Origin: Tubulanus polymorphus
Lineage: Eukaryota; Animalia; Nemertea
Assembly: GCF_964204645.1 (NCBI RefSeq)
Contig: NC_134026.1
Coordinates: 15,410,150-15,474,149 of the forward strand
Direction of reading: 5' to 3'
Length of the DNA: 64,000 nucleotides
The notes beneath the pieces are model-generated. The model did no database searches and was not told the DNA's origin. It saw nothing but the letters and a program-made list of their open reading frames with translations. A program made the position numbers and the translations under genes. Positions 38,606 to 52,004 of the stretch are shown piece by piece; positions within the stretch are counted from its first letter, which is position 1, and the number at the start of each line of letters is the position of its first letter.

Positions 38606-41600
38606 TCAAGAAAGGGGGAATAATCGTTTCCACAGAACCCCTAAATTAAAGACCACGCCAAGATTTACCTAACGTCTTCTTTCTTTTATTACCACGCCAA
38701 GAGAACAAAAGAATCCCCACAATAAGGGGTCACTAAAATACGGATTTGCACTCGGTAAAATCCGGATACCGGACTTTACCGGTCCATCACACCACCCCCA
38801 CTAAATTTTGTCGGTTGTATCCGACAACAAACCATAATAGACTATTCACATATATACATATTCCATTGAGATAAAATGAGAATGGAACACTACAGACAAG
38901 AACAACCATTGGTAGGTTTCCTGTCTCGTAACGCCAAAGGAACATCAGGCCACCATATCGACAAATCACAGTTGTTGAACCGCGGGTTGTATCTGCAAAA
39001 ACCATTCACATGCAAGTTTGACAGCCAGTGGGACGTCTAGGTGGTAGTCGACAGCCAGTGTGGTATCCGGGTCAAGTCCGGTTGCTAGTGTGGCATCTAG
39101 GTTGCATACATATGGCCTGAAAAACAAGAAAAGACAGAAACGGAGAGTACTCAGTTGATTTGAGTAAACAACAACTTTTAGTTGTTATGTCGCTTTGCAG
39201 TGGTTGGGGGGGTAGTGAACCATTGATAGGTACTACTCCCGAACCATTATAATATAGCACAGGATGTGCCTCATGATCCACTCCGGAACCTGACCCTAAA
39301 ATGGACACCATTAGAATTGGTAGGTTTCAGCTCCGGGTGTGGTATCTCAATGAAGCCAACCTCTTTTGCTTTGGCGTTAATTCGGGGGATGCGCCACACA
39401 TCATCTGCATTCCCTTTGAGACAGGGAGGGACAGGGACTTCCAGGCGATACAGCGAAGCTTTGGGGTACCTCTTCCGCAACAGACTATGGAGCTCCTGGA
39501 GATCCATAGTGGTGTGTCTCCCAAACTCACGCTTGTGGTTCATACTGTGGTTGAATACGACGGCTGAACAGTTCACCTGGACTCCCTTGAGATAGTCCAG
39601 TAGACCGCTGACTCGTTCCCCTGGATGGCTGATCGGAGTCACCTGGGAGCCGGCTCTCAGATTTTTAAACAGTCGAGTCCGACAACAGTAGCACGGGTGG
39701 ACGTGTTCGGATTGCTCAAGACTCAATCTTTTGTAGTTTCCTGTTTAAGTCCTCCGGATCACCACCGACTTTGTGTACCAAGGATTTCAATATTGTGGCC
39801 ACCATGTCGAATCTGGGCCGCGTAAGCCTTGGCAAAGGACCTCGATAGGGCAGTCTTCATGCCCATCCCCATGGCTCCTGTTACCAATGAAGCAGGAATC
39901 AAAAGTTGCTTTCTCAAGGGTTCACTATTATGAAGTAACAACAAATAATTCATCTAATAAAATATGTTGGTTATATACTAAAAACCTCTTGAGTATGTAC
40001 ATATAGCTATATGCAGATTTGATCCACCAGTCTTCAAGTATGTGATCAGTTTCCCTAGTGGGCAAGTGCCAACTATCACAGTTGAACTATGCGGCATCTC
40101 GACAACCATTTGAGGGTACTCGAGAAGCCAGTTGAGCTACTTTCCGCACTGGGGAAATCCCAAACCCAAGCCAACAAGCTACTAAACCACTTAGGGTGAG
40201 CATTGTTTGCCTACTTGACTCGTGACCGATTCATTTTCAGGGCCCTCGAGATCTCTCTACCCTTTTTCAGCCAGAATGGCTTTTGTTTCCGGATCCGGTC
40301 CCAAGTTTCCATCCAGACATCTTGGTTACTGGGAGCCACATAAAGTCCCTCTGCCATGTAGGAGCCTTTATTGCAGCTCGCGGTCGGAGTCGTCCCCTGG
40401 CCGGTTGTCCCTCATCTACCGATTCTCTGTCGGATTCACCTTGTTTTGAGCCGGTTTCCCCAGCGAGTCGGTGGCTCAGCTCGAGCAGGTGTTTCGGCTT
40501 GAATCCTTCCATTCCGAGGGTTTGGTTCCACCGGAATCAGCTGATCCTCTTCCTCCTCCTCATCTGGGCTTGAAGGACTATGTCCTTGTGCGACTGGGTC
40601 ATGCTTCATGGTGCCGTGTCTAGTGGAGGGAGGTTTGTTCTAGGGAACGTGGGGGTTTTCACCACCATCAAACCTAACTATGGCCGGTTTCGTGTGGTTG
40701 AAGTGGACAACTTTGGTCTTGGTCTTTCCTGACAGAGTCTCCACCTGATAATTTACCTCAGTCAGGCGCTGTGTGACCACAAACGGGCCATACAACTTCC
40801 TATGGAATATCAGGGCCTCCCCAGGCTTGACATTGACTCTGTCACCCACTTGATAGCCACCACGTGATGTGAAGCTGTCATAATACTGTCGCTGGCGCCG
40901 TTGGGCAACAGTCAATCTCTTCCTGACTGCATTATAGGCAGATTCAAGTCGGCCCGCAACACACCGGGCGTATTCTGTTGTGGACTGATCTGGCTCCGGG
41001 CTACCCACCATCAGATCAATCGGGAGACTCATTTCACATCCGAATGTCAAAAAGGATGGAGTCTCCTGTGTTGATGACTGGACACTCAATCGGAATGCCA
41101 TTAAGCATCCCGGAAGGTGGTCATCCCAGTCTTTCCCATTCTCGTCAACTGTCACCGTTAGCATCGCTTTGATCCATTTAGTGAAATTTTCAACTTGTCC
41201 GTTCCCTTGAGGGTGGAAAGCAGTGGTTAAAGTCCGATGGATGCCAAGTAGCTGATCGATTGGAGCCCTTATCTGAATAGAGGCTCTCCGGGCAAGCATA
41301 TCTGCAGATCCACTCATTGATGAGTACCGTGCCACTGTTTTCACTTTCTGGTTCCGCATCATCCAGGCTTCCGGCCACTTAGTGAAAGCGTCCTGCACAA
41401 CTAGTATATACTGGTGTCATAGGGTTTATCGGCCCTATCACGTCGATATACAGATGCTGGTTTGCATGCCCAATAGGTGTCGAGTGGGGCACTGGCCTTT
41501 CTAGGTGGGTTTTTGCTGGTTTGGCAGGCCTTACAGCTCTGGACATATCTCCGCACCATACCTTTCAGGCCGGGGCACCAAAAACGTTCTTTGACTTTCT

Positions 41601-44600
41601 GCTCAGTTTTCTTTTCACCTGGGTGTTTCCCTGCAAAACCATCATGTAACTCCCTCAGGGCGGTCTCATTTAACTTACTCGGAAGTACAATCCGGTTCCT
41701 GGTGTACCGAGTCCCTGTTATGGGTGTTACACACAGCACATTGTCCACAACTAACAACCGCTGATAAATAGCTAACAGACTCCTACTTATACGACCGAAC
41801 TGTCGCATCTCATTTGTATTAGGTTTTGGCTGATTACTTAGCACCATTGTACGGACGAGGTCTATTTGTGGGTCTGCTGTCTGTGCACTCTCAATTTCTC
41901 GCATGTTCAAATCAGTTCCTGTATTCGCCGTATCGGTTTCGGTTCAGTCGATCCGCAACCGGGGCAACTGCTCCTTGAAATTTCTTAACCACTTGAGGGC
42001 CGCGTGGTCCGTCCTTACCAGGATTCTTTTGCCAAGCAGATAATGTCTGAAATGATGGATCATGTCTACTTAAGCAAGCATCTCTCGACATGTCGTGCAG
42101 TAATTTTCTTCACCTCCTTTCAGTGTTCATCCACTATAGGCAAAAACTCTCTCAACCCCCTGGCTATCTTCTTGTGAAAGGACACCGCCGATAGCCCAGT
42201 TGCTGGCATCAGTGTCGAGAATGAAGGTGTTTGCCGATGTACTGAAATCAGGAAATCCGAGAATTGGTGGTTTTGCAAGTGCCATTTTCAATCGCTGAAA
42301 GCAGACTCCTGTGCCTCTCCCCAATGAAATGATGTTCCTTTCTTGGTAAGAATGTAGAGCAGGTGAGCAGTTGGAGGGGGCCGGCCAATCAACCACTCGC
42401 TGTACTTTCTCCGGATCAGTCTGGATTCCAGCCCCGATAACTATATGACCTAGGAATTTCAGCATCCTCCGAAACAAGTGGCACTTCTTGGGTTTCAACT
42501 TCAAGTTAGCTGCTCGGAAACAGGCAAAAGCTTCGACAAGTCGATTAAGATGACTTCCCAAGTCAGTGCTGAAAACAATAACATCGTCCAGATACACAGT
42601 TTTCCATGCTACGGGGTCCAAAACCAGAGCCATCAGCTGTGAAAACGACGCAGGTGCATTGGTTAGCCCGAATGGCATGACGTCCCATTCGAATAAGCAC
42701 CTTTCTGTAGCGAAGGCTGTTCTGCTTCGTCTACCTCACTCACAGGCATCTGCCAGTATCCACTTGCAAGAGCGAGTGACGAAAACCACGCAGAATCCAA
42801 GTGATGGCTCACTTGGATTCTGCTTTCTTTGCGAGGACTATCGGGCTTGACCAAGCTCCATGTGACTCGCGTATCAAACCCTGTTCTAGAAGTTGATCAG
42901 TCGTGTCTGACACAAATTTTTGTCGATGAGGTGGTATTCGACGAGGGTTTCGCTTAATGGGACGAGTATCCTTGGTGTCAATTTCGTGTTCTATTAGGCT
43001 GGTGCGCCCCAGATCGAAATCACCTGTCGAGAACACATCAATGTTGCTCCGGATTACACTGGTAAATTCCTTTTTGGTCTCCTACAGAATCCCCAAGTCC
43101 CCAATCTGCAAGTCATGTAGCACAGACTGGACCTGGACCTTCAGGGATTGGTCCCTGTGAGGCTAAACGGTCTTGGTCACTCTTTTCGCCCTCATTACTC
43201 AGGGACAAAGTCAGGGATTGGATTGGGCTAAACCAGGCGATGGGTTGGCCCCTTATTATCCACTGTGGTGAATCGGTAAAATTTACTAGTCGCACCGGAG
43301 TGCGATTCTTCGATGGGGTTGCTACTACTTTGGCAGCCATCAGACCCAATGACTTTAAGTTCTCAATGGTACCTGAAGTCGAGTTATTACCCACGAATTT
43401 ACGTCTCATTATACCACTAGTGACTATCTCTGTGCCCGCCGGGATACACAAGGTTTTACTGGCGATAATCCTGCAGCGTCTGGCCTTACTCTCTTGATTT
43501 CAAAGTGGAATGCTTGTCGTGCCAAAAGTAAGCTCCTTTAATCCAAAATCAATCTTGCAGTTGAAGGACTCAAAGAAATCACTACCAAGTAGACAATCTT
43601 GAGTAATATCATCTACAATAACCATGGAGATATCAATGTCACGACCCCCTAATGTAAGCCGTACTATCGCTATCCCTCTTAGGTGAAGATCCTGTCCATT
43701 AGCTGTACTTACTATACTTACTAGCTGGCATCCCTCGCCTTTTTGCAGCTCGCTTACTGACTTTGTTGGGTTACACGCTGCCCAGACTGAGGTTTTTAGG
43801 ACAGTGACTGCAGCACCCGTATCAAGAAGGATACAGACCTCATCTTGGCAATTTATTTGGTCCGTGCAATAAAGTCCCGAGTCATGAACGATTACATCAC
43901 CCACGGTGTAAACACCTGAGCGCCCTCCACTGGTGGTAGAGAGAGGTGAACCCTCCCCGGCCATTGTTGGTGGTGTGGCGTCCCTTGTCTCAGTTTCAAT
44001 TTTCTATCCATAGGTATGGGGGAGTGGTTTCAGTTCAGGTGATACCATTACACCAGCCATCTGGGTTAGGTTTGAGTCACTTGCAAGCACATCACCAAAA
44101 TCTGTTGCCTCATACGTCTATGCGGTATTCGATATTTTCTTGTTGCATCAAAGTCATGGGGCTGCCCAGGGTAGGGTACTCTTACTGGGTCGGGGTTTTC
44201 CGGCCCCTCTGAGAGCCCCTCCTGTCGTTTCCCGATGATGATGGTTTTGTGACTTGGCATTGATGGGAATAATGTCCTCGTTGACCGCAGTTGTAACCTT
44301 TGACCTGGGGGCACTGACTTCCAGGATGATCAGGCACGCGAGAGCGCCAGCATATGTCGTCGCTCCGTTGTGACGGTTGGTTCGTCATCAGCTCCATCTT
44401 ATCCATTCGTGTAGCTAAGGACTCAACCATTTGAAGGAGTTTAGTCATATCATTTTGGGGGACACTGACTGCTGCAATCTGGCCCTCGGTAGCTCCCTGC
44501 TGTACCACAGAAACTACCTTTTTGCCGCTTTCTGCCGAACTGGAGAGGGTATCCGTCAGCTTTTTTGCAGTGAGCCTACTCCTGGCATGTCGTACAGCGT

Positions 44601-44730
44601 CCGAAATTGAGGGCGGGTCTTATATCATCATCGACTCCCTGGCAGTATCCGGTAGGTTTACCCCTGCCAGGAACTGGTCTTTAGCCAGTTCATCAAAAAG
44701 ATTGGGTTTTATTCTCGCAATCGGATGATA
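38606..44730 (-). mobile_element. Degenerate Ty3/Gypsy LTR retrotransposon: truncated gag, PR-RT-RH-INT, extra 3' region, partial 3' LTR
   Basis: gag knuckle YNCGQRGHYSHQC (44182-44508); protease LLDTGAAVTVL (43500-43964); RT MPFGLTNAPASF and YLDDVIV; RNase H DTDASNWAIGGVL (42127-42678); integrase zinc domain and core (40640-41910); G-rich PPT-like tract agtgggggtgg then TGTGATGG at 38791; many frameshifts. Confidence 0.95.
39271..39715 (-). pseudogene. SGNH/GDSL hydrolase-like extra ORF of the Gypsy element, frameshifted
   Basis: Removing 1 nt near 39673 gives VLLLSDSLFKNL...SHPG...AVVFNHSMNH...LYRLEVP...NSNGVHF, which follows the order of SGNH blocks I, II, III and V. Confidence 0.6.
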
Positions 44731-44734
44731 AATT

Positions 44735-45990
44735 CGTAAATAGTGGTGTGCCCGAGGCTCTATTCTATGTCCTCTTCTTTTTTATTAGTGTATATAATTG
44801 ACCTTCCGGATAATCTTTTATGTAAGACCTTCTTGTATGCAGATGACACATCCATCTACATTCCTGTCAACCCAAAAAACCCAGATAGTTCAAGCTCCTA
44901 CATCCAACAGGATCTTAATAGAATAGCTGAATGGTTGGCTTTGTGGGGACTTGAATTTAAACCTTTCGAAATGTGGTAATATTTTGTATATCCCGTTTAA
45001 GTGAAATGATAACGATATACCTCAGGTCCAAAGCCACAAACATTTGGGTTTTGTTTTTGATATTAATTTAAAATATTCAGCCCTCGTTCTTCATCTGGAG
45101 CAAAAATACAAAAACTTATCATTCCATTGAAAGCCCTTTCTAATACAGTCAAGTCATCTTATCTAAATACCATTTATAGATCGTTCATAAGCCCTCACTG
45201 TGATTATTGTGATATTATCTATAATAGCGCTCCAAAATCTTCTCTTGCTCATTTAGGTAAACTACACTACAACGCAGCGCTTGCAGTCTCAGGCTGTATT
45301 CACAGGTCAAATAAGCACAAAGTCTTGGGAATCCTAAAATGGAAGACTTTAGAGAATCGACGATCTGAACGTATGGGAACATACCTGTACAGAATTTCAA
45401 AATACTTATGTCCAATTTATGTCTCTTCATTATTTGCGATTTCAAATCCATTCTAGTCCATCCCCTGCGTCAACAAAGACCCTTCTTTCTACCAGCTGTC
45501 TTGTCAAATAAATTCATAAAATCTCCGCTTATTAGCCTCATAACCTTATGGAATAATATTAACCCTGAGGTTCGAAACCTCGATACATTATCCCAATTAA
45601 ATTAAATCAAATATTGATCCTTACACTTTTGTTGAACTTTTGTTTCTAGTGTTAAGCCGAAAAGAAGAAATTTATCTCAAGGTTTAAGGTCCCAACTTGT
45701 AAGACACTATTTCGATAATGTCAACACAAAATGGCAATTTTGCTACACCAAACTCGACAGGAAACACTTTTTCATTAACTATCAAAATCAGGGCCATGCG
45801 ATGGCCCTCGAAGCAATGCATACAGCTACCGATCGCCTGGGTCTACTGAAGAAATACACTAAATTAAATATACTGTCTAAATGTGATCTTTTGCTGTACG
45901 GTGATCCCAACCTGGATTTTGCGACCAACAAGAAATTATGTGAAATAGTCTCAAACTTCATTCTTTTAAACCATAACTTACTATAAACCC
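44735..45990 (+). mobile_element. CR1-group LINE remnant, part 3: RT core and C-terminus
   Basis: VNSGVP, FLYADDTSIY, IQQDLNRIAEW, HKHLG, DYCDIIY, LKWKTLENRR, LLYGDPNLDFATNKKL. Confidence 0.88.
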
Positions 45991-46878
45991 TAGTACAACA
46001 CAGTTCTCATCATGTGTACCTTTGCCCAAGTGTATTTGAGCCCAAACAGGAAGGAAGCAACCAAACCGACAAAATGTTCAGTCTTTATTTTGTGGTAACA
46101 CGTTGTAAACCATTGATCATAATTTTTTTTGGCCCTTATTATTTACTGTTATATTCACCCTTGCATATAATGCCCCTTAGGCGCTTTGCTTTGAAAATCA
46201 TGTATTTATGCTCGCTTTGTCAGCGGTATGAGGTCCGCATTGAGCCAATTCATGTAAAATCATGGTACGTTTTTAATGTGAGCATTTTTTTCATTGGTTC
46301 TTGGGTTAAACGACGAATAATCGATGCGATTAAAGACATGGCGAACCTCTGTTGATGACATGGTCGACTTTGTTTAAATTCGACGAAAAACTGTTTTGGC
46401 GGGAAAATTCTTAGCTCTTACGTATAAGATTGCAATGACCTCGATTGGGGGCCATCGTCTCTGCGAGTGAATGTAATTGGCTGTTTTTGGGATATACGGG
46501 GAATTCCGGCACTACTAAAATAATCATGGGAAAGCCATTAATGGCGAACATTTCATTGGACTAGGTGCCGTATATATGCGAATTTTAAATGCTCATTGCT
46601 GGTGAGAATATGATTATTTCACATATCGCCATAGGTATTGTTTCATTTTAATACCGGGTGATTGTGTTGATTGAGATTGAAGTGAAGCGAACATTCACTA
46701 CACAAGGCGTCCATGTGCGCGGGAGTGCTGAACATTAAGACTGTTACCCACACAAACACACGCTCATATAGACTTCTATATGGTGATGCTGGAACGCTGC
46801 TTGGTGCGTGCATGTTTGATATGATAACAGGCTGAATAATCGTCGTAGCAGAAGATGAGCGCTGTGTTTTCTGTTTGA

Positions 46879-48513
46879 CGGAGGTATCGCATTGGTGGCA
46901 TTTTCAAATTAATGCGTTTAGATTGTCCGCATGTTGACGGAAGTTCGGATGTGAGTTTAAACACGCGAAGTGCACTGTTGCCTGGTTGTAGGTTTTTTGC
47001 GCCAGTGAAATTAGTTTCTTCATAATGGAGCACGTCGTATTCTCGAAGTTATTGCTCCTATCGTTAATTCCGATTGAAATGATCACGTGATAGGGTTGTA
47101 CGCGGTCCGGCGTAGTTTGCAATAGTAGGTCGCGCAAATGTGTGATTTTTGCGCCCTGATAACACTCGATTTGTATGCTATCTGGGTCGTGACTCTCAGT
47201 GATCCTCCTCAGGTTTGAGTCACCCAAGAATACGATTTCTTTCCTGGTCGGCGGTAATGACCACTCTGTCGCTTTGTGTTTGGAAGTCGGGTGCTCATTC
47301 ACAGGTTGCGGCATCGCGGGTCCGGGTTTGGGAAAGTGCGATGATGCGTCACTGCGGGCGGGAGACGCAATAATATTCGCGTAAATCTCGTTGAGTACGC
47401 CAGTTGATAGCGGTTCACTTGTGTTTGTGAAGTTCAGTTCTTGAACGGTAGACTGTGTAGGTCTAACTAGTTGGGCCTCATCGGCCGGCGGAGAACGATC
47501 TCTGAGTTCGGCAGCTGGAGAACGAGTCTCCGGTGTTCTCACGGATGGTGCAGTGGCTGTGGTTTGAGGCGTTGGTTTCCTCCTCGGCGGACAGCGCGGA
47601 GCGGTCAGCGGACAGACAACCGTGTTATCTGGGTAGGTCCTCGGTGCAGCGGGAGCTGGTCTGTTCCTGGGCAGTAGAACTGCGGCGGCTGGTTGCGGAG
47701 GCAGAAACGTCGGTGTCCGTTTTGGTACAGGTGGTGCGCGGACCGGCGGAGGTACGGCGTTGAGAGGAGCGCGTGCTTCGTTTTCACCCCCGAGCAAATT
47801 TGACGGAACTGTAGCGATTAGGCCGGCGAGCGGTGGGAGCCGGGCGGTACGTCGCAGCGAATCATGTCAGTGTTGCCACTTCTCCGGATTTCTCCGGAAT
47901 TCCAGATTTTAAAAAAATCCAATTCCGGATTTTCAGGAGAAGTCAAATAACCACAAAAGAAAACATCGCAAAAAATAAAATCAATTCGGGATTCGACCCT
48001 AAACATCAAAACGTTACGGCTCCGTAGAGGGTTCGAAAAAGCCGTATTGTGCTGCCACGTAGTGGCAACAACCCCGCAGTACACGATTAAACCAAGATGA
48101 TGCGACGATCGAAATCGACTGACGCTTCGTTTGTTTTTTGGCTCTGGTTTATATATGAGGTGTATTTGATGGAACCAATCGCTATTTGAAAAAATGATCT
48201 ATAGGCGGTAATGAAATCAAGGCCTATAACGTGTATTGCACCAGAACGCATCTGCTGGCGTTCTAATTTCAAAAAAATTTTTGGGGGAGGGCCCCCAGAC
48301 CCCCGGCTTATTTTCCGGATTTTTAGCTTTACATAAGTGGCAACTCTGTCATGTTGCAACGCTCATAGATTGTGACAGTTTCTTTTCTTAATCTTTTCCC
48401 AAAGTTTTTTCGGGCCCATTTCAAAGCGATCTCGCTAGCTTTGGGGTTGAACTCGTTTGTGCTGAGCTCCTGCATCGCGTTCGCGAGGTGGTGATCGTGC
48501 AGTATAAGTCGGA
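46879..48513 (-). mobile_element. GC-rich retroelement ORF1 fragment with SGNH/GDSL esterase domain (Penelope/Neptune-like)
   Basis: ORF 46904..47797: Pro-rich linker then EWSL...IVFLGDSNLRRI...ECYQGAKITHL...VIISIGINDR; upstream part beyond the MITE reads LILHDHH...ALKWARKNFGKRL; absent from the other family B copies. Confidence 0.75.
47868..48348. mobile_element. hAT-like MITE with 6-bp TSD, copy 2
   Basis: TIR cagtgttgccactt / aagtggcaactctg; tcatgt on both sides. Confidence 0.92.
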
Positions 48514-51289
48514 TGAATTTGTAATAAATTGTAATTTATTGTGACCTGGAAATACTAAGCAGCAAACTTTAGGTATAGGTCGAGGTCTGAATATTGTAGT
48601 GGTAAATTCCAGGATTTAAAACGATCTAATACTACGCCCTGGTGTTTTCGCTTCCGCGGCCATACATTGGAAGAGGTTTCAGCCACTGGAAGAGGTTTCA
48701 GCCACCCTGTGATATGTGACATCATATGAATTTTATTTGAATATTTTTTCATATTGTGAAAAATATTTATTTGAAAATATAGAATAGTTTCCCTGCCGCC
48801 CCTACCTGTACTCTACAAAATTTTGGACTTAGACCATAAACGAATGTTTATCTTTGGTCTTATTTGACTACAAAATAATTCTTTAAGAAAGATAAAATAC
48901 AATATAAACTTCTAGAACCAGTTGGTTTGTGTTTCATCACACCAGATTCGTATCAATTACGAATTATCTGTAATCCACGAATTATCTGTTATCCGTATAT
49001 CACTTAATCCATACTAAAAAGCTCAGTCCCTAGTGATACGGATTAACCGAGGTTGACTGTATTTAAGGATTTAAAAGTGTATTTCAAGATTGATTTTTGT
49101 GTGATTTGGTTTTTGGGAGGAATTTTTTATTTGCACTACAGAAAATATCATTGACAATTATCCAAATTGTGGGAATTAAAGCTTTTTCTCAATTCGGATG
49201 GAAGGGCTTGATACGCTAACGCTAATTAGTTGTGTGCTCAAACTGCAAATTCGGTCAAATGTCATTTTTCAAATAAATCAATCCAAATGAATTTTACTTT
49301 AATAAACTTCTAAATTATGAATAAAGTATTATATAACATACAACAAATAAACCTAATAAGAAAGGTACCTTATGTCTATTCATTTTCGATTTTCCACGTT
49401 CTTTTTGGGATATTTCGCTTGATTTACGGTGTGCATACCTCTAATAGGTCTTAATCAAATCAGTAGGCTTGTGCAGTGCAGATAAACCATGTTTTTTATA
49501 TCCATTTTGTATGGAGTTGAAGGATTGATGAATATTCTCGGAATTTGAGCTTTAAATCAGCGATCATAGCTGAATTAAAGCTATCAACGTTCATAGTCCG
49601 ACGAGAAATCAACCTCATAAAACAACCAATATCCAACTAGATTTCAACCAAATTGTAACCTGATAGTCCAACTTCGTATCAACATGGAATAACAACGTCT
49701 GCGCCTAGACCTCCATCTGACCTGTTTGCAGATCATATTCAATCTGATAATGACTCAATACCAACCGAAATCCGAAATGTACCTGACACCAATAAAACCA
49801 GAAATAAGCACATATACTTGAAATACATATAGAAATAACATTTATTAAAAATGGTTTGCATATAACAAATTTAGCTCCAAAAATAAAATTAAAACTAACA
49901 AAGCAATTAAAAAGCACAACCTACCAGTAACTACAAATTGTAGTCATCTACTTATCGATTTAATTAATCAAGAATTAGACATAGTCAGTTTCTTCTAAGA
50001 TCCGTTATGGTGTTAGTTTCCTCTTGACAGCCAACTCAATCCTTCCTCACAGCAGCATATTTTAACTGATTCCATGATGTCTGATTCAGTTCACGATTTT
50101 CCAGCAGCATCTGTAACCATAAATGAAAATATTGTTGAAATGAATGAGTAAGAAATATTTTCATAACTTAGCCTACATAGTTTGAATTTAACTCGTCAGT
50201 AATCAATTTTTCAATGTAGGTTTTATACACTGAATCAAAGCTATTGCTCCCTTCAACCAGTCCTGCGAGTGTTTGTATCCGCAATAAACTCCATCGCTCT
50301 ATGATCATAGTGTGACCAATATCAGACCAATATCAGGTACTTGGTAATATTCTCCCAAGTATGGAACATTCTTGAAAAAATTACTTACCAATGTTGACTT
50401 CACAGGGACAGGTCTCCTCAAAAGGAAATGTTCCTTTATTTCCTTTTTATGGAGATCACATCAGTGAATTTGACATCACCTGAAACAAAAGCAGGCCTTT
50501 ACTGGAATAATTAAAAAACAAAGACAATGCATAAACAGTCTTAATTGTTTCTTCATTTACGTACTCATTACCCTCAAATAAATGTGGTAACCCATTAAGT
50601 TGATAAAGTTTCATCTGTCTCTACATCTGTGGACTGACGGCGTGGTATATGTTGTTATTGTACGTACGACGTCGGCCGATGACGTACGTCCGCTCGGCTG
50701 TGTAACAAAAATATATGGTGAAACTGTAAGGGTTAGCAGGTCTGGGTGTTGTAAGGCCTTTTTCTTTTGATAGCTAATGAACTACAATGCTTTATTAGAT
50801 TCAGCCCAGCTGAATCTATTAGTATAAAATGGAGTGCCGAATTCGTGTTGACCGCTATCCCCTCCGAGTGTGAAATGATTCACGGGCTAAAGTCTGCATT
50901 TAGTTGGCTGTTATAATGGCAGCTAAGTGGCAACTGCTTTTGAAGGCTATTAATCAAACCTAAATGGGGTAAATTGGCAAAAAAAATTTGTCGGGACAAA
51001 AATTCTTTCACCTCAACAATAACATAGCTTTTTATTCTAACAAATTTTTTTGTCAGAACGAAGAAAAGTTTTCATTTGAACAAAAAGCATATTGTTCGAA
51101 CAGAATTGTTTTCATTCGAACAAGATTTTCTTGTCGGAACTAAGTTTTTCCTTCGAACAGATTTAGCGTTTTTCGTTCCGAAGAGCAAAATTTTGGTGGA
51201 ACTAAGTAGTCTTTTCGTTATGATGAGTAATCTTTATTCGAACAAAATAATCTCATTTGAACACAAAGGTATAATCTGAACCTGGGTTT

Positions 51290-51730
51290 TCTTTGTATCC
51301 AATATCTGTGTCATGCCTTTTGGGTTGAAGCCCATCTTCCATTTTTCTGACCATGAACGGTACACAGCTTGTTAAGGTCGTTTTGGAAATATACTCTGTC
51401 CGGTACATTTTGAATTACTCTGTATATCATCTATCAGGAGAGTGAAGAGAAGCCGACTTATGATACTACCTTTCGGACTCCACTAGTTAGACCGATTTAT
51501 TCCAAGATGAGACAGTTTCGTTGATTTCGGCCACCTGTTTTCATGCAGAGAAATCTGCTGAGCCATTTAAGCGACCCATCATTGAAACCGTTTCCGAATA
51601 GCGTGTTTAGTAATCGCTGATGTTGGACCTTATGAAATGCTTTTTTGAAATTCATTAAGACTAATTGAGCCCTAACAGTCGATTTTCCAGTCAAATAACC
51701 ATCTGGTCTAGTCATCCATGGTTTCAAAGT
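51290..51730 (-). mobile_element. Non-LTR RT fragment, duplicated at ~54120-54490
   Basis: LMNFKKAFHKVQHQRLLNTL...LKWLSRFL, then SGV-KGS-like and WSEKWKMGFNP in broken frames. Confidence 0.7.
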
Positions 51731-52004
51731 AGGCTCATTGACTGTTTATCGAGTTTTGTTGCGTTAATTAACGGACTCGTTGGATTGAACTTCAAAACAA
51801 AATTTACGATATTTAGGAGGATTGTTATTCAATAGGCCTACGATCAATCTGTCCGGATGTTCAATCACAATTATCAATTTTATTGGCAAAAATGAAGATT
51901 TTTTTGTAAATTTCGTCTGGGCAGACAGCTTTATGAGCCAGACTTGTCATTTGAGTTTTTTCATCATAAATGAAACTGGTATTTCATTAATTCCTAATGA
52001 CTTA

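Larger units (their letters stand above)
46216..48918 (+). repeat. Family B partial copy 3, interrupted by the insert at 46879-48513
   Basis: Matches ~21133-22095 and ~60372-61800. Confidence 0.8.

Noticed and set aside
46904-47797. Longest ORF in the window as a nested host lipase gene
   Set aside because: No credible start or splice sites, truncated before the catalytic His block, inserted within a repeat, and its upstream part is disrupted by a MITE; best read as a retroelement fragment.
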